This document shows, piece by piece, positions 45,201 to 57,369 of a stretch of 64,000 nt of DNA. The translations under genes and the position numbers were made by a program. The DNA is from a virus (lineage: Duplodnaviria; Caudoviricetes): positions 1 through 64,000 of IMG/VR virus record IMGVR_UViG_3300032038_000007; one strand, given 5' to 3'. The stretch's first letter is position 1, and each line of letters begins with the position of its first letter. The notes beneath the pieces are model-generated. The model saw only the letters and a list, made by a program, of their open reading frames with translations. It had not been told where the DNA came from and ran no database searches.

Positions 45201-48200
45201 ACACTACTCAAATTGCTACTACTGAATTTGTAATGAGTTAGTTTAAGTATAATGATGCCATGATTTATAAAGGCGTGATTAATGCTAATTCAGATTTACC
45301 GGCTACACATTATCAAGGATGGACGTATAAAGTAGGCACGGCTGGAGAATATGCTGGCATTTAGTGTGAAGTTGGCGATATGATTATATGCAATGCCGAT
45401 GGCACAGCCGCAAATAATGCTCATTGGAATGTTATTTAGACTAATATTGATGGCGCGGTTATAAGTTCTTCTGCTAGTTCTACTGATAATGCAATCGCGC
45501 GATTTGATGGAACAACAGAAAGAATTATTCAAGATAGTAAAATTACAATTGATGACAATGGTAATTTACTTATTTCACATGCGGCTTCTGCTACAATGAC
45601 TGCAGCTTCTACTAATCCTAAAATTACTTTTGCTGAAAATGGCTCACAACCTGTACATTTAATTTATAGTGATTGGGATAGTTATCGTTCCCCAGCTGGT
45701 TTAAAAGTTGTTGGTGGAACAAGTGCATCGCCAGCGTGGTTTGAAGTTGAAGGAAATACTTGGTCAGCAGGATTTAAAATTACTGGCACAACCACTTCAT
45801 TAACAGATAACAGTTTAACCTTCTCGCAAGGCGGCGGCTGGTATATGAACGATGTTTCGTGGATTCGTACAGTAGGCGGTAAATCTGTTTATATGAATAC
45901 AGGTATTTTTAGAAATGATGGCACTACATAGTTAAGACTATTGCAGCATATTAATGCTAATAATACTACTGATGGTGCTTGGCAAACCGGTGCAACTGGT
46001 ACAGACAATAGCGGAGATGGTTATGCTACACAAGGCACGCTTGGCACATCAATATTATCCATCGGCAATGCTATTGCCAGACCGGCTGCTGGTACCGCAG
46101 GCGGTAAAAATAATTCTAAGGGTTATTTGCGTATTTATGGTGAAGGAACAGGTTATGGTGAACTATCATATGACGATTATAGGCTCGTCTCTAATAAATC
46201 TATCTATTTAACCAATACTACAAATGATGGCATTAGCAATGAAATTCGTGGTCTTACTGCCACTAATGATTATTGGCGCATTGCAGGTGGAGCAACAGCA
46301 TCTAATGCAGGATATATGGAAATTGCAACTGCAGATGATAGTAATGAGCCTATATATGTAAGACAGTATAGTGGTACTTTTTCTACTTTAAAACGAACAG
46401 CAACATTATTAGATGCAAGCGGTAATACAGAATTCCCTGTACAAGTTACAGCACCAAAATTTATTGGAGCATTATAGGGAAATGCTGATAGTGCAGATTA
46501 TTTAACCACTATAGATGTTACTAATTCAACAATGAATAGTACTGCCGGCTCTTTTGCCTTTAAAGGTGCTGGTGACCCATGGGCAGGTACCGACTGGGTA
46601 GGATTATAGATAGGTAGCGCTAATGATAAATGGTAGTTAGTAGCTGGCGGTTCTGGTAATAATAGTCTTTAGTTTAGACAAAATGATAACGGTGGTACTA
46701 ATACTACTTGGAAATCTTGGCAGAATATAGCACACGCGGCGACTGGTGCTGCTATTGGCGGTGAAAAGCAACCTGTTTATATGGCAGCGGATGGTACTAT
46801 TACTGCTGGTACAGCTCTAAAAAATTTAGCATATAAAGATTCTCTTACAGCAAATGATATACCAGATATTAGTGGTACTTATTTACTAAAATCTGGCGGA
46901 ACAATGACTGGCGCACTAAATTTTACTGATGGCGAGGATTTGAATATAACTGTAGATCCTAGTACTGGTACCATTTCGGCGTCTAATTATTTAGGTAATT
47001 GGAATGGATGGCTTAATACAGAAGTAGGAGATTGTTTTACATATAAGTACTCTATGACATATACTACCGAAACCGCTCCAATGGAAGACTGGTATTTAAA
47101 AGTTATATTTGAAACTAATTATCCATCTGTACGATCAGCAATAAGACTTAAAGCATTTTATGCTAATATTATCGGTACTGTATATATGTACTGGGATGGA
47201 TATACTACTGATAACTGGTATGCATATAAATCATTTTACAATGGCGGAAATGTTCTTGCATTAAAACATGGAAAAGCTAATAGTCGCCATGAATTATATA
47301 TAAAAATGAAAGCAACCAGAGAATATCCAACTGGTCAATTTGACCTAGGCAAACTTGAAGTTCTCAGCCCATATCGAATAATATCCATTGAACAATTAAG
47401 TACAGAGCCAGACGGCTTAGTGACTCTCAAAGATAACGGCTATACTTTTTATGGAGATAATATAGAATTTAAATCTGCGAATAGCTTCACGTATAGCGGC
47501 ATTGGAGCAGCAGGTGATAATTCCTCTAGGACAATATGGTTCAGTCATAGTAGTGCTAGAGGACGTCCAGTCTATGATGACGACTTTAAATACAACCCAT
47601 CTACTAATGTATTAACAATCGGTACAGGAACATTAAGCGACACCGAGTATAGCGGAAACGCGGCAACTGCTACAACTGCAACAAATGTAGCATGGAGCGG
47701 TATAACAAGCAATCCTATTACTTTTACAAGTGCTGCCTATGGAACAACAGGATGGAAGCAACTTGGAGGACGTTCAGCTAACAAATCTTCTATTGTTGTT
47801 TTTAAGCCAACCGGTACTACTGCTACTTGGGGTACTGCAGCCCATTCTGCAGTTATTGCATGGGGATGCGGTGATACTAAGGGAATGCTTGATGTAGCAT
47901 ATAGTAGTCCTTTAGTTAGTATTGCAGGCGGTAATAATGGTGGCTCAACTGATGGTGCACCTACATGGTATTTTAAACTATCTGCAACATCAGGTCAAAC
48001 TTATACATTCCCAACTACTAGTAAAACGCTTGCCGCGGCAGATGGTTCCAATGCAAGTGGTACTGAATGGGCTATTTCAATTACTGGTTCATCTGCTTCT
48101 TGTACTGGAAACGCAGCAACTGCTACATCATTTGCGGCAGCTCAAAAAGTTTATGTAACTCTTGGAACCGCTTCAACAACAACTACAATTCAAGGCGGTA

Positions 48201-48868
48201 GCGATACCGCTCAGACAATTGGCGTCAATGGCACATTAGCTATCTCCAATGGCGGCACTGGTTTAACTAGCGCTGACCCGCATAAAATTCTTATAGGCCC
48301 TGCTTCTGGTTCGGCCGCGGCTCCTACTTGGCGTGTACTTGCTGCGTCTGACTTACCTATTGCAACAAGTAGTGCGGTCGGTGCAGTATCAGTAAGCACT
48401 GGGCTATCCGTATCAACCGCCGGCGCTTTAACATTAAATATTGCTAAATATAATAGTCTTGGTGGATTAAAACCAGCATACACTAGTACCGGCGCGGCTA
48501 GCGGATTTACAGCGGCTTCAAATAGTAGTACACCTGCGTTGAACGCGCGCACAACAACCACTGGTCGATACTATGCGGTTGAAGCAGATAAAAATGGTGT
48601 ACCTTTTGTAAATGTTAACTGGACTGATACTAATACTTTAGTTAATTATACACTAGGCACTACCACTAAAGCATACTTAATGGCATGCCAATCTGCTCCT
48701 ACTTCTACTACAACCGCTCGCGCCGCACATGGAGACACTGGAGTTTATCTTACTTCAACAGCAGGCGAGCTAAGTTCTGAACGTTATTCATATAATGTAG
48801 GCGGCACGGAAAAAGTTTATACATATTATAATGCCACCGATAAGTCTATTGATTTTGTATTCATCTAA
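42257..48868 (+). CDS. Long tail-fibre protein, 2203 aa (TAG=Gln)
   Basis: AAGGTGGTG SD; six ORF-track fragments in frame; fibre repeats (SPALTGTPTAPT, GNAATAT, GGTG). Confidence 0.88.
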
Positions 48869-48880
48869 GGAGGGGTAATT

Positions 48881-51226
48881 ATGTTAAAACTATGGTTACC
48901 CCTTCTTGGGGATTTTAAACAGCAAGGATGCAGTGATATTATACCAGAAATTTTTGGTAATATAGTTTCTGATGATTACGGGAAACTTGGAAAATGTGTT
49001 TCATTTGATGGAACCACTGGTAATTATATTAGAATTCCACCAATGCTTACTGCAAATAGTGAATTTTCTATAGCATTTTGGTGTAAATTTTCTTCTCTCT
49101 CTCACAATCATTGTCTATATAGTCAAAGAACAAGAGTAACTGATACGGGATTTACTATATTTTTATCAACAAATAAAAATATTATGTTTGATGCAGGCGG
49201 ACGTTTAAATGCCGCAAGCGGTTTTGTAACAAATACTTGGTACCATGTATGCTGTTGTCGTGATAGTAATAAAACGTATATTTATATTAATGGCGTTTTA
49301 GCAGCTTCTAGAAATAATGCTACAATAGAATCAACTAATGTAAATGGAAATTATTCTCTAATCGGAGGAAGTGGTAGCAACGCAGCGGGAGCAGCACCAA
49401 GCGACAATTATTTAGAAGGATGCTTAAACGATTATCGTATTTATGATAATTGTTTATCCGCGGCTGAAGTCCATGAATTATCGCAAGGTCTGTTTTTGCA
49501 TTATAAATTAAATGGGCCATTTAATGGAATAGGTACTAATTTATTAGCCAATAGTAATAGGTCATGGACTTGTACAAAAGAAAATACTACAGCGCGTACA
49601 ACTACTTTTTACTTGGTTTCCGATTTTGATGTTTCTACATTAACTAATAAAACTATAACCGTATCATATCTACGCTATAGACCCGCTGGGGATTCTGTTA
49701 GCACAAGTAGCGGCGGCGTAAATAATAGATTCGGGGCTCATTTTAGTGTTACTTGGACGAATGATGAAGGAGAAGCATCTACTACTCGTTATCCAGCTCC
49801 ATTAATATTAAGTGCAGCCACAATTACAGACCCAATTTAGCGAGTGTCTGCTTCATGGACGGCTACCCCACCGGAAGGTTACACAAAATTAAGAAGCTTT
49901 TCAATCGCGTGGCAAATGACTGCTCGTCCTGCTGATAGCAATGATGACGTTTGGGTGATGGGTTATCCAAAGTTAGAAATTGGTAACTATGCAACTGCAT
50001 ATTAGCCAGCAGAGACAGAAGGCAATGTTATTGTTGATAACAGCGGTTATGGAAATCATGGAACTGTAAATGGTGATTTAATATATGCATCAGATAGTAA
50101 AAAATATTCTGCGTAGACTTATATTGGAAATGGCACTGCTCAATCAGTTACTGTTCCTAATATTCCATTTGAAAATTTCTCAGAAGGAACATTAAGTATT
50201 TGGATTAATAGAAAATCTACAAACTCTAATTGGCGGTTGTATACTATATTCTCTAATGGTTATAATTGGACTGGCAAAGGTAACGATTTTATAATCATTG
50301 GAAGTACAGGCGGCTTGGTGGTCACATTAGACTGTTGTAGTAATACGTATGGTTTTGTTCCTAACTTAAATGAATGGAATATGTATACTATTACATGGAA
50401 TTTAGTAACTCATGAAGCTAAAATGTATGTAAATGGAAAATTGAGGGCTACAAAAAATAGTGAACGTATAGATACAACTTATGCGTCTAAGCATAATTTG
50501 CATTATTTTGGTAACAGGAATTTAAGTAATTCTACATATACCGGAGACTATTTACTTTCAGATGCACGAATATATGCAACTGAATTATCTGAACAGGATG
50601 TTATGCAGCTTTATAACACCGCTATGAAAGTAGATAACGTCTACAATGCTCATATAGATGAAATTGTTGAATCTGAATCTCAGACAAAATTACTCTCTAC
50701 AGGCACATTAATGTCGCCCGGATTTGTAGAAAGTGGTATGACTTTTAATGAGACATCAGGTTGGTCATATAATCCAACTGGCGGGTATAATTCTACTACT
50801 GGAGGATAGTCTATTGTAGTAGATTTTTCTCCTTTAGTAGATTTACATGCGGATGTAACAGTCGAAATTGAATGCGATTTAACTTGGTCAAATTTTACTC
50901 CTGTTGAAGGTCAAACTCCAAAGGCTTTCTTCCAAGGAACTAATTAGTCATTAAATGATTCGTGGGTTTGGTCCGGAAATAACTATACACTTCCAGCCTC
51001 TAGCGTAGTTTCATTAATGACCGCCGACTCTTCCGGCACTGTTCATTATAAAGTATAGAAAACAATACCAGCAAGTTGGTTTGATACATATAAAGGTTCT
51101 CATGTATCGTTTAGAGTAGACTATGCCACTGGAACTATTACTTTAAGTAATTATAAAATAACTATCGCAAATTCGTTTAAAATACTCCAAGATTATATTG
51201 GAAGTAATGAATTTATTGAAATATAA
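48881..51226 (+). CDS. LamG/concanavalin-A-like domain virion protein, 781 aa (TAG=Gln)
   Basis: Two LamG-like units (WYHV..YING..LNDYRIY; WNMY..YVNG..SDARIY). Confidence 0.85.
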
Positions 51227-51239
51227 GGAGGCTCAACTT

Positions 51240-52985
51240 ATGGCTTTATTAAAAGATACTACAGTCTCCGGGAGCCTCCGGGCAACCGATTCTATTTTTA
51301 CTACTGAATTACAAACATAGATATTAAACGCACCACTAACTTCTAATGGTACAGAGTATGGCCCCGGTACAGACGGCCATATATTACGTTCAAATGGAGT
51401 ATCTTCATACTGGGGAACTGTAGCCGCATCCGAGGTCGGCGCTGTTCAAATAACCGGCGATACAATGACTGGTAATTTAGCCATTGATTCTCTAACCAAT
51501 ACGCCATCGTTAATATTATATCCTGTAACTAAAACTAAGATATATTAGGGACAGTTTGATACGGATGGATCAGAAGGCTCGGTATCTATTGGCGGTTGGA
51601 ATAATTCATCTGGTACGATTAGAAGAAAATTGTTAGTGCAAATGCCAGGCAATAGTATATATGGTGATTCATTAGATCAAGCTATCCGCCTTGGCGTTTC
51701 AGAGAATGGCGGCACGACATGGACAGGTTATCATGTATATCATTCTGGTATGAGTGGCATTGGCATTCAATCTGGTACACAACTTTTTGGTGGAATATTT
51801 TTTGGGACATGCTCAACCGCGGCGGCAACTACACAAAAAGATGTTGTATGCGCTAACTTTCCTAGTTATACTGAAGCGCCGCCTACTGGAATTATGATTA
51901 ATGTATTATTTGATAATGCTAATACGGGCGCCGTGGCCAACTTAACATTAAAAATTAATAATAATACTCCCACATTTCCAATAAAGCAAATTAACAATAG
52001 TAATAATACAGTTACTAATTTGTCTACTGCAAAACAATTAACCGCTGGCGGCATAGTAACATTTGTTTTTACTGGTGAAGTTTGGCAAGTAGTTGGTATA
52101 AATTATGACTCTAATAGCAATACATTATTGAGAACATACCATCTATCTACCGATGTTGAATTACCTCTTGCGGCAATTGGTGGAGTCTCTAATAATACTA
52201 CAGCTAGTGTTCAAACCGTTAACTCTAGTCATTATCACGAGGGTTATGGAATAACAGCAACTACTAACACGCCAACATTAAATCCATCTACTGGAAAAAT
52301 TACTGTTGCCTCACTTACTATAACTAGCAGTAATAACTCCGAATTGAGTTGTACTACAGCAGCGCCTATACATATTAGTTCTGGCCAAACTGCTGCATGG
52401 AATGGTATTATAGGAGCTAAAACAAAAAACGGTTATATAGGAATTTATACTGCCGCGCATAGTACAAACGGTAATGATTAGCTTAGATTTGCTTATTCTA
52501 ATGGCAGCGCTATACAGCATAGAATGACTTGGAACGGCGCGACTGGTGAATTAGTTGCTACAAAATTTACTACCAATAGCTCAAACGACTACGCCGAATA
52601 TAGAGCGCGAATTGACGCTAAACCTGGTACAGTAGTGGTAGATAAAGATAACGGCGAATTGGAAATTTCTTCCAAGCGGCTAATGGCAGGAGCGCAAGTA
52701 ATTTCTGACACATTTGGTTTTAGTATGGGCGGAGCTGATACAGATACTACTCCAGTTGCAGTAGCCGGAAGAGTATTAGCATATCCATACCAACCACGAG
52801 AAAATTATCACGCCGGTATGGCAGTATGTTCTGCGCCAAATGGTACTGTTGATATAATGACGCGTGAAGAAATACGCGATTATCCCGACTGTATTATAGG
52901 AATCGTTAGTGAAATTCCACAATATGAAGAGTGGGGAAATAATAAGATTAGTGTTAATGGTCGTATTTGGATTAAAATAAAATAA
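51240..52985 (+). CDS. Tail-fibre protein with C-terminal DYAEY intramolecular-chaperone/peptidase-G2-like domain, 581 aa (TAG=Gln)
   Basis: NDYAEY..VISDTFGF..PVAVAGRV motif; fragments in frame. Confidence 0.8.
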
Positions 52986-53053
52986 AAAGACATAAATACA
53001 CTTACATATCTATAGAACAAATGAGTTTAACTCATTTATGAGGAGGGATATAT

Positions 53054-53257
53054 ATGCCGCATGCAATGACACAAAGAGGAAATCAAGATAATATTGTTAC
53101 ATATACTCACTGGTGTGATACTAAGGCAGATATGGAAGATATAGAAGAAAGCACTATTACGTTAGGTACTGTCTGTGTAGTGTTAGAAGATGAAAGTTCC
53201 AATGGTGGCCTAGAATTTTACATAGCTAAATCAGATAAAACCTGGGTTAAAGCATAA
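53054..53257 (+). CDS. Hypothetical protein
   Basis: GAGGAGG SD. Confidence 0.75.
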   Translation: MPHAMTQRGNQDNIVTYTHWCDTKADMEDIEESTITLGTVCVVLEDESSNGGLEFYIAKSDKTWVKA

Positions 53258-53271
53258 GGAGGGAAGATACT

Positions 53272-55320
53272 ATGGCAATAGATATAGTTGACATCCTTCT
53301 TGCTCGCGCAAAATCTTTTACTGGAGAAACAAAAACTCTAGTATAGCAAGCTCAGGCTGCAATGTCTGATGCTAACGATATAGTCGATAGGCTATCTGAA
53401 ATACAATAGGACACGCAAGAAGCTAACGAATCGGCTCAGAATGCGGCGGATCGCGCGCAAGAAGTTGCTAGTGACTTAGAACAAATGCGTAATGACGTTA
53501 CCGCCGCAGCTCAAGAATTAATAGATGACTCTATAACCGCAAGTTTAGTTGATGTAAATTCAGATATTACTGAATTGCAAAATAGTATTACTAATATTAA
53601 TAATACTGTTGTTCCAGAACTACAGGCTCAAATTGCGGCCGCGGCTCAAAGTGGCGGTGACAAGGTTACTATTAGTGATAACAACAGTAATGCCGCAAAA
53701 ATACGTAATGCAGTTATTAATGACTCAAATTCCTATGTAGTAGAAAAGAATTATACTTCTACTGGATTAAATGAAGACGGCTCCATGACACAAAAGGCTA
53801 TTACTAATGCCTTGACCGCAACCAAAAATGAAATTGAAGCGGCTATTGATGCAAAATTAGCTAATATTACTATCAGTGGCGGTGGTGGAACTATTAATCT
53901 TGGTATTGATAATGAAGGGCATTTAGTAGTTATTGGTGTAAACGGACAGCCGATTGCGGCGGCTGTAACAGAAACAGATGTAATTGAATCTCTAATTAAA
54001 TCTGGTTCTTATCATTTAGAAAATACTGTCGGCTTAGAAATGGATTATGAAAATAAGATTTTTACTTCAACTTAGGACAATATGTCTACAGAAGAAATCA
54101 ATAAATTACCAATGTTTGGCGGCAGAAAACGTTGTAATGTTGCAGATGATGGCACTATTACTGCTTTCTACGGCGAATCTAATTATCGCGAGGACGGATC
54201 AAATGGCCAAGTAATGGTATACCAGCCGAAATTCTATTATCGTAGGGTTATTACTAAATCAATTTAGGCAGCTAACGGGCAGGTTTCGAAAAAAGAAAGT
54301 CTAATTATTTCTCCAATAAAACTGACTTCTAGTTTTAAAATTCATCCATTATTTATTAATGAATTAGGGGAAGAAGTTGAATATGTATTGTTGTCTGCTT
54401 ATGAAGGTAGCATTTATAATACTTCGTCTAGTAGTTATGATTTAACTTCTGAAGCAGAAATTAATCTTGAAACAGATAAATTAAGCTCTATTGCAGGCGC
54501 TAAGCCAGTCACTGGTTATACTCATCCTAATTTTACAATGTTAAATGCAGAACATCTTGCAGTTAATAGAGGTACTGGATGGCATATAACTAATCTTGCT
54601 TTTGAAAGCGCTCAACAAATGCTCATGAGCATAGAGTATAGTACTTTAAATGGATAGGCAGCTTTAAAACAAGGAATTGTAAACCTTCCAAGCGCTTCTA
54701 ACGCTAATAATGCTTGCATCACAGGTTCTACATCTGCATTAGGCAATAGCAGTGGTGAAGCCGAGTCTTCAACTGGAAGTATAGACGGAGTACAATAGAC
54801 ATATACAGAAGAAGGTAAACTAGCAATTACTTATAGAGGATTAGAAAATCCATGGGGAAATACTTGGAGATATGTCGGTGGTTCTTTTGCATATGGTACT
54901 GGATTGAATACTGGCGGCAAGCTATATATCAATACTGATTTTAATTATAGTTTGAACGTATCAGCGGCGAATATTTATCATTTAAACTGCACTCTTCCTG
55001 GCGGTTATAACTGGGTTTCTTCTGTCTTTGCTTTTGAAGATTAGGATGACTGGATTTATCTACCTGCAGAATTTTCATCTGCAAATAGTGCCTTACCAAT
55101 TGGAGATGTACTGTGGACAACGCCATATTTAAATGGAACTAATTCATTGCTGGCCGGAGGAGACTGGGATAGTAAATTAGAAGCTGGACTTTACTCTTAC
55201 GCTTGTGATAGAAAGGCTGATACAGTATCTAGTAGTATTAACGCTCGTTTAATGTATATTCCAGTAAAGAACGCTTCATATACTGCAAATATAACAAAAT
55301 GGTAGGCGCTGGGGGTGTAA
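53272..55320 (+). CDS. Coiled-coil plus C-type-lectin (FGE/Mtd-like) receptor-binding protein, 682 aa (TAG=Gln)
   Basis: VMVYQPKFYY, IHPLF, SAYEG, YRGLENPWGNTW, LAGGDW...ARL motifs. Confidence 0.82.
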
Positions 55321-55323
55321 TAT

Positions 55324-55581
55324 ATGAAAAATTATGGACTTGTTTATAGCTTTTCTCGCCCGACAGAAGTTGAATTAACCGATACAAAAGTATATGTTGC
55401 TACAAATATTGAAGAATGTATAATTGAAAAAAGCGGGCAGGAACTGAATGGCTTTAAGTATAATTATTATGGCTATACAAAAGACGAATACATTCAGAAA
55501 ATAACTGAAGATAATGCCAACACTGTATCTCAATTAGAAGAAGAATTAAATGCTACTAAGATACTACTGGGGGTGGAGTAA
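55324..55581 (+). CDS. Small tail-associated hypothetical protein
   Basis: GGGGTG SD; YTKDEYI motif. Confidence 0.75.
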   Translation: MKNYGLVYSFSRPTEVELTDTKVYVATNIEECIIEKSGQELNGFKYNYYGYTKDEYIQKITEDNANTVSQLEEELNATKILLGVE

Positions 55582-55582
55582 A

Positions 55583-55993
55583 ATGACATTAACCGAATTA
55601 GCTCGTAAACTCCGCCCACTGATTGAAAAAGCCGCGCTTTCGTTAGATGATACAGACGCGCTTGAAGCAGTAGAATTATATCCACGTTGGTCAGGAAAAG
55701 GCGTTGATTATATTAAAGATCGACGGGTATCATTTAACAATGTTTTATATAGAGTATTGCAATCGCATACTTCACAAGAAACTTGGATGCCAGATGTAAC
55801 GCCAAGCCTATTTGCAAAGGTATTAATTCCAGATCCAGATGTTATTCCAGATTGGGAATAGCCAGATAGCACCAATCCATATATGAAAGGTGATAAAGTA
55901 AGATTCGATAATAAGATTTATGAATCTGCAATTGATAATAATATTTGGTCACCTACTGCATATCCGGCAGGCTGGATCGAAATACCAGAGTAA
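55583..55993 (+). CDS. Carbohydrate-binding (CBM5/12-like) protein (1 TAG=Gln)
   Basis: LYRVLQSHTSQETWMP...WE(Q)PDSTNPYMKGDKV..NIWSP..YPAGW. Confidence 0.8.
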
Positions 55994-56091
55994 AATATTT
56001 GACTTTTTTAAAAAATTCTTATATAATATATATAGTGATGAGGGAAAGGAACCTGAATCACTAAAATAAAAAAATAAGGAGAGGACCTTAT

Positions 56092-56439
56092 ATGAAGTAC
56101 TATAGTGAAAAGACACAGAAGATCTATGACAACATTGAAGATTGTGAAAAGGCAGAGCATGAAGCCTTGGCGAAGGAAGCTGCCGAAAAGGCCAAGCGAG
56201 AAGTAGCCCTGGCGGAACAGAAGGCAAAGCAAGAAAAGCTTGCAGCTGAACGCAAGGAAAAGGCGGCTCACATTGATGAGCTACGTAAAAACATGGTGAA
56301 AGCGCAGCGCGAATACAGCGAAGCCATCACAGATTTTGTGAAGACTTATGGTACCTATCATGCCAGCTTTACGAACAAGGAACCAATTCCTACTCTATTC
56401 GACATCTTTGACGTCCCTAGACTACTGGATTTGCTGTAA
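56092..56439 (+). CDS. Coiled-coil hypothetical protein
   Basis: Sigma-A-like promoter near 55999; AGGAGAGG SD. Confidence 0.8.
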   Translation: MKYYSEKTQKIYDNIEDCEKAEHEALAKEAAEKAKREVALAEQKAKQEKLAAERKEKAAHIDELRKNMVKAQREYSEAITDFVKTYGTYHASFTNKEPIPTLFDIFDVPRLLDLL

Positions 56440-56469
56440 TACATGGGTATCGCTACGGCGATACCTTAC

Positions 56470-56543
56470 GGCCTGATAGCTCAGGTGGATAGAGCAACAG
56501 CCTTCTAAGCTGTAGGTCAAGGGTTCAAATCCCTTTCGGGTCT
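56470..56543 (+). tRNA. tRNA-Arg(UCU)
   Basis: Anticodon arm ACAGC-CTTCTAA-GCTGT. Confidence 0.93.
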
Positions 56544-56804
56544 CTTAGCGGTCGTCTGTGACAGCCGTCTGCAGAAAAAGCCACAGACGTATAGTGAGTC
56601 AACGTGAATGACTACCGGTAGTTCTACTATAACGTAGTTAGTCCGGAATAACATAGTAGGCAGTTTCCATATTTGCTGAACAAATATGGAAGTGCGCGGC
56701 AGCTTTTGAGAATGAGCCGTCTGGTTATGCGAAATAACTCGATTTGAGGAGCGTCGAATAGCTTCTTAGCCATGCTATACGAGGGTTATGGCATGGCTTT
56801 ACAT

Positions 56805-56894
56805 TGGGGCGTAGTTCAATGGCAGAACACCGGTCTCTAAAACCGTTATATCCCTCTGAAGGAGGTGGTCTGGGTTCGAGTCCCAGCGCCCTAG
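56805..56894 (+). tRNA. Amber suppressor tRNA (anticodon CUA), inferred Gln; Trp-like body with 23-nt variable arm
   Basis: Acceptor TGGGGCG/CGCCCTA plus G73; D-arm GTTC/GAAC; CGGT-CT-CTA-AA-ACCG (anticodon 56837-56839); T-arm CTGGG-TTCGAGT-CCCAG. Confidence 0.9.
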
Positions 56895-56943
56895 CTTACT
56901 CTATTAAAATAAAAATAATATGGAGCGTTTATCGCTCCACTAC

Positions 56944-57016
56944 GCTCCTGTAGCTCAGTTGGTAGAGCATTTGACTTTTAATCAAAGCGTCGGCGGTTCG
57001 ATTCCGCCCAGGGGCA
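56944..57016 (+). tRNA. tRNA-Lys(UUU)
   Basis: TTTGA-CTTTTAA-TCAAA. Confidence 0.93.
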
Positions 57017-57060
57017 CTTTTTATATCTCTTACAATTAATTAGAATAGGAGGTATGATAA

Positions 57061-57318
57061 ATGCGCCCGTTAGCAGAGAAACGACACAACGACTTCAAGA
57101 AAGCAATTCGGAAGAGGAACATTGACCGCGAAGTAAGACAATTTACAGACAAAGATTGGTATGATAATCTGCACCAATATAGTAAAAACAAAATTCATTG
57201 TTCTTGTCCACTATGTTGCGCTAAAACCGACCGTAATGCCAAGGAAGGAAATCCGATTCCTGACCGCCGCAAGATAGATGCAATGGATGAACAGGAAAAA
57301 GAACTTGAAGAAATTTGA
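57061..57318 (+). CDS. Basic hypothetical protein (HCSCPLC motif)
   Basis: AGGAGG SD. Confidence 0.75.
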   Translation: MRPLAEKRHNDFKKAIRKRNIDREVRQFTDKDWYDNLHQYSKNKIHCSCPLCCAKTDRNAKEGNPIPDRRKIDAMDEQEKELEEI

Positions 57319-57369
57319 CTTAAATCAATTTTCTTGCTATAATATACTTGTAAGAAAGGGGAGAGGAAA

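Noticed and set aside
17591-55993. Tail and lysis region as decayed pseudogenes
   Set aside because: Breaks are all TAG in a constant frame, with intact SD sequences and stop-start coupling, which fits recoding.
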